From an uncultured Gammaproteobacteria bacterium (GTDB lineage Bacteria; Patescibacteriota; Patescibacteriia; Magasanikbacterales; GWA2-37-8): DNA of 64,000 bases. The stretch spans positions 24,835 through 88,834 of the forward strand of contig CAZINT010000004.1 in NCBI GenBank assembly GCA_964540825.1, in the 5' to 3' direction. Positions 55,872 to 63,862 of the stretch are shown here, piece after piece. Both the position numbers and the translations under genes were made by a program. The notes under the pieces are model-generated. The model searched no databases, was not told where the DNA came from, and saw only the letters and a program-made list of their open reading frames with translations. How positions within the stretch are numbered: position 1 is the first letter of the stretch; every line of letters starts with the position of its first letter.

Positions 55872-56459
55872 ATGGAAACACATCTCATCAACAAACTACC
55901 TGTTATCGGCAACCCTGTTCCTGACCTCAATTTTCAAATCTACCACAATGAGGAATTCAAAAAAACAAGTCTTGATAATTATCGCGGCAAATGGCTGATT
56001 CTTTTTTTCTACCCTGCCGACTTTACGTTTGTCTGCCCCACCGAACTTGAAGACATGGCCGACCATTACGCCGAGTTTCAAGCAATGAATACGGAAATTA
56101 TTAGCGTCAGTACCGACACCCATTTCGTTCACAAAGCCTGGCATGACAACTCACCTGCCATCAAAAAAATTACGTTCCCAATGGCCGCAGATCCAACCGG
56201 TGTACTTTGTCATGAATTCGGCACGTATATCGAGTCTGAAGGCTTATCGCTGCGCGGCACATTTATTATTGACCCGGACGGTGTACTCAAAGCATTCGAA
56301 GTCAACGACAACAGCATCGGACGCAATGCCGAAGAACTGCTGCGCAAAATGCAAGCCGCACAGTACGTCCGCGAACATGGCGGCGAAGTTTGCCCGGCCA
56401 AATGGAAACCAGGCGACGCAACGCTGACACCAGGTCTTGATCTGGTAGGAAAAATTTAA
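55872..56459 (+). CDS. ahpC: 2-Cys peroxiredoxin AhpC
   Basis: FFYPADFTFVCPTE, RGTFIIDP, GEVCPAKW. Confidence 0.96.
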   Translation: METHLINKLPVIGNPVPDLNFQIYHNEEFKKTSLDNYRGKWLILFFYPADFTFVCPTELEDMADHYAEFQAMNTEIISVSTDTHFVHKAWHDNSPAIKKITFPMAADPTGVLCHEFGTYIESEGLSLRGTFIIDPDGVLKAFEVNDNSIGRNAEELLRKMQAAQYVREHGGEVCPAKWKPGDATLTPGLDLVGKI

Positions 56460-56476
56460 CTTTAACTTTCACCCCT

Positions 56477-57079
56477 ATGTACGCTGCTAAAAATTATGAT
56501 GCACTTATTGGCACTGAGGGCTTCAGCGAAAAATTACTCACGACCCACTTCACCCTCTACCAAGGTTATGTTGCAAACACCAACAAACTCTCCGACCAAC
56601 TTCGCACACTCCTTGATAGTGATATGGCAGCTAGCCCTGAATACGCCGAGTTGACCCGTCGTTTCGGCTGGGAATTTAACGGCATGCGGCTCCACGAATA
56701 CTATTTCGAGAATATGAAAAAAGGTGGAGCTCAACTTGCAACAGGATCGCCTTTGCAAACCGCCCTCGCTCAACAATTCGGTACGATTGAAAACTGGCAA
56801 AAAGATTTTATTGCGACTGGTGCGCTGCGCGGTATCGGCTGGGCCATTCTCTACTATGATCAGCTCGCCGATCGCTATTTCAATTGCTGGGTCAACGAAC
56901 ACGACACTGGACACTTGGCCGGTTGCGTACCGCTCCTCATCATGGACGTATTCGAACACGCCTTCATCATTGACTATGGCACTAAACGTGCTGATTATAT
57001 TCAAAGTTTCATTAAAGCGATTGATTGGACTAAAGTCGACGAACGTCGAATGATGCTTACCAAATCAAGCACGCTCTAA
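56477..57079 (+). CDS. Fe/Mn superoxide dismutase family protein
   Basis: H-x-x-LY-x-GYV, FNG-x-x-LHE-x-YF, DVFEHAF metal ligands. Confidence 0.88.
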   Translation: MYAAKNYDALIGTEGFSEKLLTTHFTLYQGYVANTNKLSDQLRTLLDSDMAASPEYAELTRRFGWEFNGMRLHEYYFENMKKGGAQLATGSPLQTALAQQFGTIENWQKDFIATGALRGIGWAILYYDQLADRYFNCWVNEHDTGHLAGCVPLLIMDVFEHAFIIDYGTKRADYIQSFIKAIDWTKVDERRMMLTKSSTL

Positions 57080-57120
57080 AAATAAAAAAGACTGGAGAAA
57101 TTCAGTCTTTTTTATTTTTA
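57077..57120. terminator. Bidirectional terminator
   Basis: TAAAAATAAAAAAGACTG...CAGTCTTTTTTATTTTTA. Confidence 0.85.
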
Positions 57121-57215
57121 AAATTTTTTGATAAGGTTCGCTGGGCGCACCTCTAGGGCGCGCACCAGCCTATTCAACAAAGAAGTGGGTGCTCTTGAGG
57201 TTGCTTGAAAAGCGT

Positions 57216-57731
57216 CTACAATAAACCCATGTCTTTGATGACCGAAATAAAAGAAGACGGCCTCCCCAGCCTTCGCGCCTCCGCGAGTTCAAAAGCCCGG
57301 TGGCCTTCGAGCAGGAGTTCACCAACCGGCATTTTTCCTTGACAGAGCACTTCATGCCCGCCGTCAAAGTACCAGAGTTCCACGAACGCAGGCAGCAGAT
57401 TTAGCTCCGAGTGCTCCGCAGTTAACTGCCATAGTTCACGGAAAATACGGTCAATAGTCTCCGGCGGGAAATAGGCAGAAAGCGCGTACACCACATGACC
57501 GGCGCCAGCGAGGGTCTCTACCCACGCCAGGAAACTATCGCTCCCACTTTTTTCGATAATAACCAGCTCGCGTGGATAGAGCTTTGGCTCTAGAACAAGC
57601 GGCCACACTTCGGGCTGCGTGGACACATCGGGCACGTCCTGTCCACGATACACAGCCAAACGACCTGGTGTAACCGATGAGGCAGCAGGCAAGCGTAAGA
57701 CGGGCAGCCCCCAGCGGATAGTATCACTCAT
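57216..57731 (-). CDS. GC-rich SD-led orphan protein
   Basis: AGGAG 6 nt before ATG; upstream TG-C-TATAGT extended -10 near 57783-57791; no recognised family. Confidence 0.7.
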   Translation of the reverse strand: MSDTIRWGLPVLRLPAASSVTPGRLAVYRGQDVPDVSTQPEVWPLVLEPKLYPRELVIIEKSGSDSFLAWVETLAGAGHVVYALSAYFPPETIDRIFRELWQLTAEHSELNLLPAFVELWYFDGGHEVLCQGKMPVGELLLEGHRAFELAEARRLGRPSSFISVIKDMGLL

Positions 57732-57884
57732 ACAAGTCTCCTGGGTGAACTACATTTCAGCCAATTTGTTTCGATACTACAGACTATAGCACACCTTCAT
57801 ACAAATAATAAAACCTCGTGTATGAATTCTTTTTCTTTACGCGCGATGCGTTTCGTGAGAAAATAGCGTAGATAGTATACCTGT

Positions 57885-58418
57885 ATGTTTTCGACACTTG
57901 AACATTTCTACACCGAGGCCGAGGAGCGGCTAGCGCCATTTAACGAATTTATTATCGGCAATGATTTAGAAGACAAAATTGCCTCCGATCACTTCGGCTA
58001 TCGGTGCTCGACCAATGAAGAATTTATAACTATGCGCGCTTTTTTTGAATATGAAGCGTCTTTTTTGTATCAATCAATTATTGCTAGTCGGCGTATTGCG
58101 CTCATTAAGTTAAAAACTCCCGTTTCTACAGCTGCGGGCCAGCTTACGTACCTTGAACTTTCCGATCAAAAACCAGACGGCTCGCAAAAAAGCGGTTTTG
58201 ATCATGTTGAGTTTACTCCTACCATCCATACATCTGAAACGCTTGCCCAATTTTTTCACAATAAAAATATTGTTTTTACCAAAACCGAGCGTCCACATCA
58301 CACCACCTTTGATCATAAACTAGCCAGCGGCCTCACTCTTCGTATTGAAGCGATCCCGCTTATTACCAAAATAATTAACCAAGAAATACTCTCAACAGAA
58401 CAAATGATCACGCATTAA
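57885..58418 (+). CDS. YecM-like VOC-family metalloprotein
   Basis: DHFGYRC, I-x-x-RRIALIKL, LEL, GFDHVEF. Confidence 0.8.
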   Translation: MFSTLEHFYTEAEERLAPFNEFIIGNDLEDKIASDHFGYRCSTNEEFITMRAFFEYEASFLYQSIIASRRIALIKLKTPVSTAAGQLTYLELSDQKPDGSQKSGFDHVEFTPTIHTSETLAQFFHNKNIVFTKTERPHHTTFDHKLASGLTLRIEAIPLITKIINQEILSTEQMITH

Positions 58419-58493
58419 AAATTCTTTGCCTATTTTTGCACCCTATTCTTGTGCTATACTAAACAAGTAGTACGCTATTTATTCTATTTTGCT

Positions 58494-60410
58494 ATGAAAT
58501 TAAAAGTTATTCTTGCAGGTCTCGCCGCGACCATCTTTGTGTGTTCATCCACGCACGCAGCGACGACTCCAACACTCAATTTATCTGCCAAGACAGGTGA
58601 CGCAATCCAAGTAACTGCCACCGCTGACCCAAACACGACATTGCAACTGTCATTCTTGCCCCCAGGCGCTTCGCAAGTGACTACGCTTACATTTGGCACA
58701 ACCGATCCAAGCGGACGCCTGGTTAGCACCATAAGCAGCGGCGGCTACGGTATTCCTGCTGGCTCTCCTGTATACCTAAGCAGTAACGGCCTTCAGAGCA
58801 TGACCACGATCTGGCCAAGCTATACCAGCGCACTCTCGCTTTCGCCGAGCAATGTTCAAATCGGTACCGGGCAGAGCACCACAGTAACCGGCTCGAGCGC
58901 ACTTACACTGGCGGGCAATACTAATCCGAATAGTATTAACGCAAGTGTTCAGAGCGGCCAACTGCGGATCAACGGACTAAATAACGGATCAGGAACTTTG
59001 TATGTTTGCAGTGCGAATGTTGGCTGCTCCTCGCTTCTGGTAACCGTCGGCAGCCAAAATCAAACCACTGTTTCTTTGAGCCAAACTACGGTCACACTCA
59101 CCAAGCGTCAAACTGAAGAAATTAGTATTTTTGGGCCATCTGGTGGATTCTTTGTTTCCTCGAATTCAAACCCGAGCGCAGTTACACCGAGTATTAGCGG
59201 CGGCAGCGCGAGCCTCATTCTCTACGGTACAGATACGCTTGGCAGCGCAACCATTACCGTGTGTTCACGCTCAAACACTTCTAGTTGCGCCAGTCTGACT
59301 GCAACTGTGGGCGGTATGACTTCGGGAACTCTCACCTTTAATTCAAACAACTTAATTTTTACTCCAGGTCAAAATCAGACGATCACTATAAGCGGTGGAC
59401 CAGATAATAATTACTATATTTCCGGCAATTCTAATTCAGCTACTGTTCAAGCATCTGTTTCGGGGAATACACTCACTCTTATTGGGGGTACCACAGCCGG
59501 GACTGCCGTCATTACAGTTTGCTCAGCAACGGTAAACGCAACCTGCAGCAACCTCTATACCACAACCAATCTAACGGGTACTACTACCACCGCCTCACTG
59601 CTCAGCTTTAGCAAAAACGTTATTTCTGTTGCTCAAGGTGAAACCGCCACGATCACCGTAAGTGGCGGCACGGGGCTAGGGTATGTTATTTCTTCAAATT
59701 CTAATTCAGCAGTTATTTCTGCCAACAGCAGCTCCAGCAGTAACACTGTTACGCTGTATGCGAACGCAGCCAGCGGATCATCGGTAGTTACTATTTGCGC
59801 TACTGCCCCAACGACTGCGTGCGGCAGCATCTATGTAAACGCCACTCCTGTACAAACACCAATTTCATTCAGCCAAAATAATATTGTTCTTTCGCCCGGC
59901 CAGGCACTCAACCTGATCGTTACCGGCGGATCCGCCAGCACTACCTATCGTATTTCCTCTAACAGCAGCCCAAGTGTTGTATCGGCGCTTCTTGGCAGCG
60001 GCAACGCCGTCATTGCCCTTAAAGGCGGTGCCTCACAAGGTTCAGCAGTAATCACTGTTTGCTCTTCAATTGACGACACACTGTGTGGATCGCTGTATGT
60101 TTCTAACACCAGCCTGGCTGCAACCGTGCCAAGCACACCTGTAACACCGCCCGCCACCCCAACCCCCACACCAATAACGCTTCCAGCCTTTAAATTTACA
60201 AACCTTCTTAAAGTTGGCTCAAATGGGAACGAAGTTCGGGAGTTACAAAAATTACTGGTTAAACTCGGATTATTAAAAGCTACTCCAAACGGTACCTATG
60301 GGCCACAAACCCAGGCAGCTGTGCGGGCTTTTCAAAAGAAATATAAAATTCAAGCTGTTGGATATGTAGGACCGGCGACACGAGCACAGCTGAATCTTCT
60401 TACGCAGTAA
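58494..60410 (+). CDS. Secreted S/T-rich repeat protein with C-terminal peptidoglycan-binding domain
   Basis: Signal peptide; about 5 beta-rich modules each ending in a Cys pair; P/T linker; LKVGS-x-G-x-EV-x-x-LQ...G-x-YGP-x-T-x-x-AV-x-x-FQ...G-x-VGP-x-TR. Confidence 0.88.
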   Translation: MKLKVILAGLAATIFVCSSTHAATTPTLNLSAKTGDAIQVTATADPNTTLQLSFLPPGASQVTTLTFGTTDPSGRLVSTISSGGYGIPAGSPVYLSSNGLQSMTTIWPSYTSALSLSPSNVQIGTGQSTTVTGSSALTLAGNTNPNSINASVQSGQLRINGLNNGSGTLYVCSANVGCSSLLVTVGSQNQTTVSLSQTTVTLTKRQTEEISIFGPSGGFFVSSNSNPSAVTPSISGGSASLILYGTDTLGSATITVCSRSNTSSCASLTATVGGMTSGTLTFNSNNLIFTPGQNQTITISGGPDNNYYISGNSNSATVQASVSGNTLTLIGGTTAGTAVITVCSATVNATCSNLYTTTNLTGTTTTASLLSFSKNVISVAQGETATITVSGGTGLGYVISSNSNSAVISANSSSSSNTVTLYANAASGSSVVTICATAPTTACGSIYVNATPVQTPISFSQNNIVLSPGQALNLIVTGGSASTTYRISSNSSPSVVSALLGSGNAVIALKGGASQGSAVITVCSSIDDTLCGSLYVSNTSLAATVPSTPVTPPATPTPTPITLPAFKFTNLLKVGSNGNEVRELQKLLVKLGLLKATPNGTYGPQTQAAVRAFQKKYKIQAVGYVGPATRAQLNLLTQ

Positions 60411-60419
60411 ACTAACAAT

Positions 60420-60447
60420 AAAAACACTTCAATTTTGAAGTGTTTTT
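60420..60447. terminator. Bidirectional terminator
   Basis: AAAAACACTTCAA-tt-TTGAAGTGTTTTT. Confidence 0.8.
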
Positions 60448-60451
60448 TTAG

Positions 60452-60469
60452 TTGAGCGGGTGACGGGAG
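60452..60469 (-). repeat. Direct repeat of tRNA-Gly 3' end (att-like)
   Basis: TTGAGCGGGTGACGGGAG is identical to 60625-60642. Confidence 0.85.
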
Positions 60470-60589
60470 ACTCACGCGCTACGCTTCACGAAAAGGGCTT
60501 CCGCCCTCTCGTGGACTCTCCCCAGCAGTCGTGGAAACCTCCCGGTTCCCAAACCCTCCTCGTTCGACCCCCTTCCCTTCAGATAAACA

Positions 60590-60622
60590 AAAATAGTTAG
60601 ATCTTAAAAATCTAACTATTTT
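60590..60622 (-). terminator. Terminator after tRNA-Gly
   Basis: AAAATAGTTAGAT...ATCTAACTATTTT. Confidence 0.75.
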
Positions 60623-60627
60623 ATTTG

Positions 60628-60699
60628 AGCGGGTGACGGGAGTCGAACCCGTGTCACCAGTTTGGAAAACTGGGATAATAGCCGTTATATGACACCCGC
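60628..60699 (-). tRNA. tRNA-Gly (anticodon TCC); CCA not fully encoded
   Basis: Acceptor GCGGGTG/CACCCGC, anticodon arm CCAGT-TT-TCC-AA-ACTGG, T arm ACGGG-TTCGACT-CCCGT, U73. Confidence 0.96.
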
Positions 60700-60798
60700 A
60701 GTGAGCGAAAAGAAAACGCTTTTTCTTTTCCGAGCGCAGGGGGCATATACCTTAGTATATGACGCCTGCAGTTGTATTCGCACATTTAAGACATATAC

Positions 60799-60826
60799 AG
60801 TATAATAAATCTGTTAAAAATGTCAA
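60799..60826 (-). promoter_or_regulatory. Promoter of tRNA-Gly
   Basis: TTGACA-16 nt-TATACT on minus strand. Confidence 0.7.
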
Positions 60827-60833
60827 TTCCTCT

Positions 60834-61178
60834 GTGTTTGAAATCCCCGTCCTGACACTACCCCAAACGATTCTCGTCGGATACCTGTTAGGCATCAACG
60901 CGGTCTCATTTTTCGTCTACGGACTTGATAAGCTCTATGCCAGGGGCCGGGCGTGGCGTATTACCGAGCGAACACTGCTTATGCTAGCCCTCCTCGGCGG
61001 TACGCTTGGGGCCTTGGCTGGCATCAAACTCTTTCGTCACAAGACGCGTAAGTCAACTTTTCTGGTGTGGGTAGGGTTAATTATGATTATTCAGGTTGGG
61101 GCTATCTTAACCTATTTTTCATATTTTCATCCACCTACGTTAACGCTTGACCAAAATATTAACCCTTTGTTATACTAG
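60834..61178 (+). CDS. DUF1294-family membrane protein (start uncertain, GTG 60834)
   Basis: YG-x-DK-x-x-A, WRI-x-E-x-TL, GG-x-x-GA, FRHKTRK. Confidence 0.85.
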   Translation: MFEIPVLTLPQTILVGYLLGINAVSFFVYGLDKLYARGRAWRITERTLLMLALLGGTLGALAGIKLFRHKTRKSTFLVWVGLIMIIQVGAILTYFSYFHPPTLTLDQNINPLLY

Positions 61179-61228
61179 TTTTTACTTTTACGGGCTTCCC
61201 GGCCTGACTTTATATTAAGTATACGACT

Positions 61229-61369
61229 ATGTTGTTTACTAGTTTCCAGGACGATGACGATCCAATGACACTCGAAGACGAAGATGAAGAAGAGGAAACA
61301 GATGACAAAATCGACGAAATGGACAAACCCGATCCAATGGATGACGACAGCGACGAAGCTACAATGTAA
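61229..61369 (+). CDS. Small highly acidic protein (46 aa), absent from ORF track
   Basis: MLFTSFQDDDDPMTLEDEDEEEETDDKIDEMDKPDPMDDDSDEATM; preceded by TTTACG-18 nt-TATATT, followed by a terminator. Confidence 0.7.
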   Translation: MLFTSFQDDDDPMTLEDEDEEEETDDKIDEMDKPDPMDDDSDEATM

Positions 61370-61372
61370 AAC

Positions 61373-61402
61373 AAAAAACTCCGGACAGATCCGGAGTTTT
61401 TT
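61373..61402. terminator. Bidirectional terminator
   Basis: AAAAAACTCCGGA-caga-TCCGGAGTTTTTT. Confidence 0.85.
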
Positions 61403-61416
61403 TATTACCAAGTTAC

Positions 61417-61980
61417 TTAGGCGCGCATGGAGTATTCACCAGTTTCGGTATTAACCAAAACTTCTTCGCCTTCTTTAATGAAAATCGGAGCCTGGATCGT
61501 GAGGCCATTATCCAGTTTAATTTCTTTGGTCACATTTCCCGAAGCACTATCCCCTTTTACGGCTGGCGGCGCTTCTACAACCTTGTATTTAATCTTTTTT
61601 GGTAATTCCATATTGACCGGGCGATCTTCATAAATACCGATCACGACGTCAATTCCTTCTTTCAAATATTTACCATCGTCACCAACAAGGTCGCCATTCA
61701 TTTCAAACTGTTCGTAGTTATTCATGTTCATGAAAGCGTAATTTTCACCAGTCTTGTAGAGATATTGCATGGTCTGGAACTGGACACTAACAATATCAAC
61801 GGCTTCGCCGCTCTTATACGTAATTTCAATGACTTTTCCATTGGAAAGGCTTTTCATGCGCGTGCGAGTAAAAGCGGCTCCTTTACCAGGGTTCACATGT
61901 TGAAATTCAACCACCACAAACAAATCGTTCTGATGACGAATCACAGCTCCTTTTCTGATATCTGATGTAGTTACGGCCAT
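61417..61980 (-). CDS. efp: Elongation factor P
   Basis: HVNPGKGAAF loop with Lys, QYLY, PAVKGDS, P-x-FI-x-x-GE. Confidence 0.97.
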   Translation of the reverse strand: MAVTTSDIRKGAVIRHQNDLFVVVEFQHVNPGKGAAFTRTRMKSLSNGKVIEITYKSGEAVDIVSVQFQTMQYLYKTGENYAFMNMNNYEQFEMNGDLVGDDGKYLKEGIDVVIGIYEDRPVNMELPKKIKYKVVEAPPAVKGDSASGNVTKEIKLDNGLTIQAPIFIKEGEEVLVNTETGEYSMRA

Positions 61981-61999
61981 AGGTTGGGATTAAAAGTGA

Positions 62000-63037
62000 T
62001 TATTGGTTTATTTGGTCTTTTACAGACTGGAACAGGACTTCATTGATGCTTCTGGCTCCAGTAAATAATACTATCATACGGTCTACGCCAAGGGCAATAC
62101 CCCCCGCTTCGGGGATGCCCGACTCAAGCGCCGCGATAAAATCCGGGTCTACCGGCCAGGTTGGTTTGCCCAAGCGTTCGCGCAGCTGCCGATCGGCCTC
62201 AAGACGTTTATACTGCTCCGCCGCATCAAGCAGCTCACCGAACCCGTTAGCAATTTCCAGGCCGGCAATATAGAGTTCGGCTCGCTCCGCATAGCGACTG
62301 TCCGCCGGGCACACCCGAGACAACGAACACATCTGACGTGGGTAATCATAGACAAAAACCGGCTTCTCCTGGCCTAATTTTGGCTCAATTTCGTTTAAAA
62401 AAATCTTGAAAAACAGATCTTCATATTCATCGGACGCCTCAACGGCATAGCCCTTCTCTTTGGCCAAACCAGCCACGGCGTCACGATCAAGATATTGGTC
62501 TAAATCTACCCCAACATATTCTTGCCACACTTCTTTCATGGTTTTTCGATCCCATTTTTCTTGGATCCGGCATTTTTTGCCCTCCCACTCAACCGAGTGT
62601 TTGCCCATTGCCCGGCCAATATGTTGAAACAGCTTCTCGGTATCATCCATAAAGTCGTGGTATCCGCCGGGTGCCCGGTACCATTCAAGCATCGTAAACT
62701 CGGTATTATGAGTCCCGTCACCAAACGCTTCATGGTTACGAAAACATTTCACGATAGAAAAATTTTTGGTATATCCAGCGGCCAAAAGCTTTTTGAGCCC
62801 AAATTCTGGCGACGTATGCAAATAAAATTGCTCGGCTTTCCCTCCGGGATCAGAAAATGTAACCGGTACCGGGTAGAGGTATGGCTCTTGCCCGGGCAAG
62901 CGGAGCGCAATTGGTGTATCGGTTTCAACAAACCCTTGCTCCCAAAAGAATTCGCGAGTTAAGCGAATTATGTGGCATCGTTCGTCGTATATTTTTTTAA
63001 GCCGCGGATTACCCGCCAGCTCTTGCCAGGTAGACAT
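62000..63037 (-). CDS. epmA: EF-P lysine aminoacylase EpmA (GenX/PoxA)
   Basis: YLHTSPE-x-x-LKKLLA, FRN, HN-x-EFTMLEWY, EIANGFGEL, GIALGVDR; no anticodon domain; adjacent to efp. Confidence 0.93.
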   Translation of the reverse strand: MSTWQELAGNPRLKKIYDERCHIIRLTREFFWEQGFVETDTPIALRLPGQEPYLYPVPVTFSDPGGKAEQFYLHTSPEFGLKKLLAAGYTKNFSIVKCFRNHEAFGDGTHNTEFTMLEWYRAPGGYHDFMDDTEKLFQHIGRAMGKHSVEWEGKKCRIQEKWDRKTMKEVWQEYVGVDLDQYLDRDAVAGLAKEKGYAVEASDEYEDLFFKIFLNEIEPKLGQEKPVFVYDYPRQMCSLSRVCPADSRYAERAELYIAGLEIANGFGELLDAAEQYKRLEADRQLRERLGKPTWPVDPDFIAALESGIPEAGGIALGVDRMIVLFTGARSINEVLFQSVKDQINQ

Positions 63038-63098
63038 ATTTTTAAATTAAAAAGGCGTACCGGATAAACAGTGCGCCATTTTAAGGAAGCATTCGTTC

Positions 63099-63347
63099 TT
63101 AGCGAGCCATGAATGGCATAAGAGCGGCCTGACGAGCGCGTTTAATCGCTCCAGCTACTTGGCGCTGATGTTTGGCGCAGAGACCTGAGCGGCGCTGAGG
63201 AGCAATTTTCATGTACGAAGACACAAAACGGCGCAAGGTGCCAATATCTTTGTAGTCAACAATGGCTTTGTTATTAACGCAGTAGTAACAAGCCTTTTTA
63301 GTGTTCGTGGTAGTATTTTTTTGATCTCGTGGAGCTGTTGGAGCCAT
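63099..63347 (-). CDS. rpsR: 30S ribosomal protein S18 (Zn-binding form)
   Basis: CYYC, VDYKD, G-x-CAKHQR, AIKRAR-x-x-AL-x-PF. Confidence 0.96.
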   Translation of the reverse strand: MAPTAPRDQKNTTTNTKKACYYCVNNKAIVDYKDIGTLRRFVSSYMKIAPQRRSGLCAKHQRQVAGAIKRARQAALMPFMAR

Positions 63348-63376
63348 AAATACGTTAGATAGTAGGGGTAGTTAGA

Positions 63377-63829
63377 TTAAAAAGGAATATCTTCAACTTT
63401 AATTTCTTCTTCAATAACTTCTTGAGGACCTTCGTCGTAGGATGGGGCGTTGCCCATAGTTGATGGGCCACTACTGAATCCACCACCACTGTTTTCCATA
63501 CCTTTTGCGTCGAGCATGATCATGTTTTCAGCAATAATTTCAGTGCGGTAGCGCTTTACGCCATCTTGTCCGGCCCAGTCGCGGGTCTGGAGACGTCCTT
63601 CGACGTAAACTTTTGAACCTTTATGCAAATATTGACCAGCAATTTCACCGAGCTTACCCCACATCACAATATTATGGAACTCAGTTTGTTTTTGCTTTTG
63701 ACCTTGAGCATCGCTCCAGGCGCGGCCTGTTGCCACGCTAAAGGAGGCAACGGACTTTCCGCTCGGAATAGTGCGGAGTTCCGGGTCGCGTGTCAGGCGG
63801 CCAATAATGGTTACGCGATTAAGGTCCAT
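63377..63829 (-). CDS. ssb: Single-stranded DNA-binding protein
   Basis: N-x-V-x-IIGRLTRDPELR, KGSKVYVEGRLQTR, C-terminal DIPF. Confidence 0.97.
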   Translation of the reverse strand: MDLNRVTIIGRLTRDPELRTIPSGKSVASFSVATGRAWSDAQGQKQKQTEFHNIVMWGKLGEIAGQYLHKGSKVYVEGRLQTRDWAGQDGVKRYRTEIIAENMIMLDAKGMENSGGGFSSGPSTMGNAPSYDEGPQEVIEEEIKVEDIPF

Positions 63830-63862
63830 AGGATTGAGGAATTAGGAATAATGAACTGTTCA

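Noticed and set aside
60452-60642. Prophage or genomic island at tRNA-Gly
   Set aside because: att-like repeats enclose under 200 bp with no integrase or cargo; kept only as a mini-element finding
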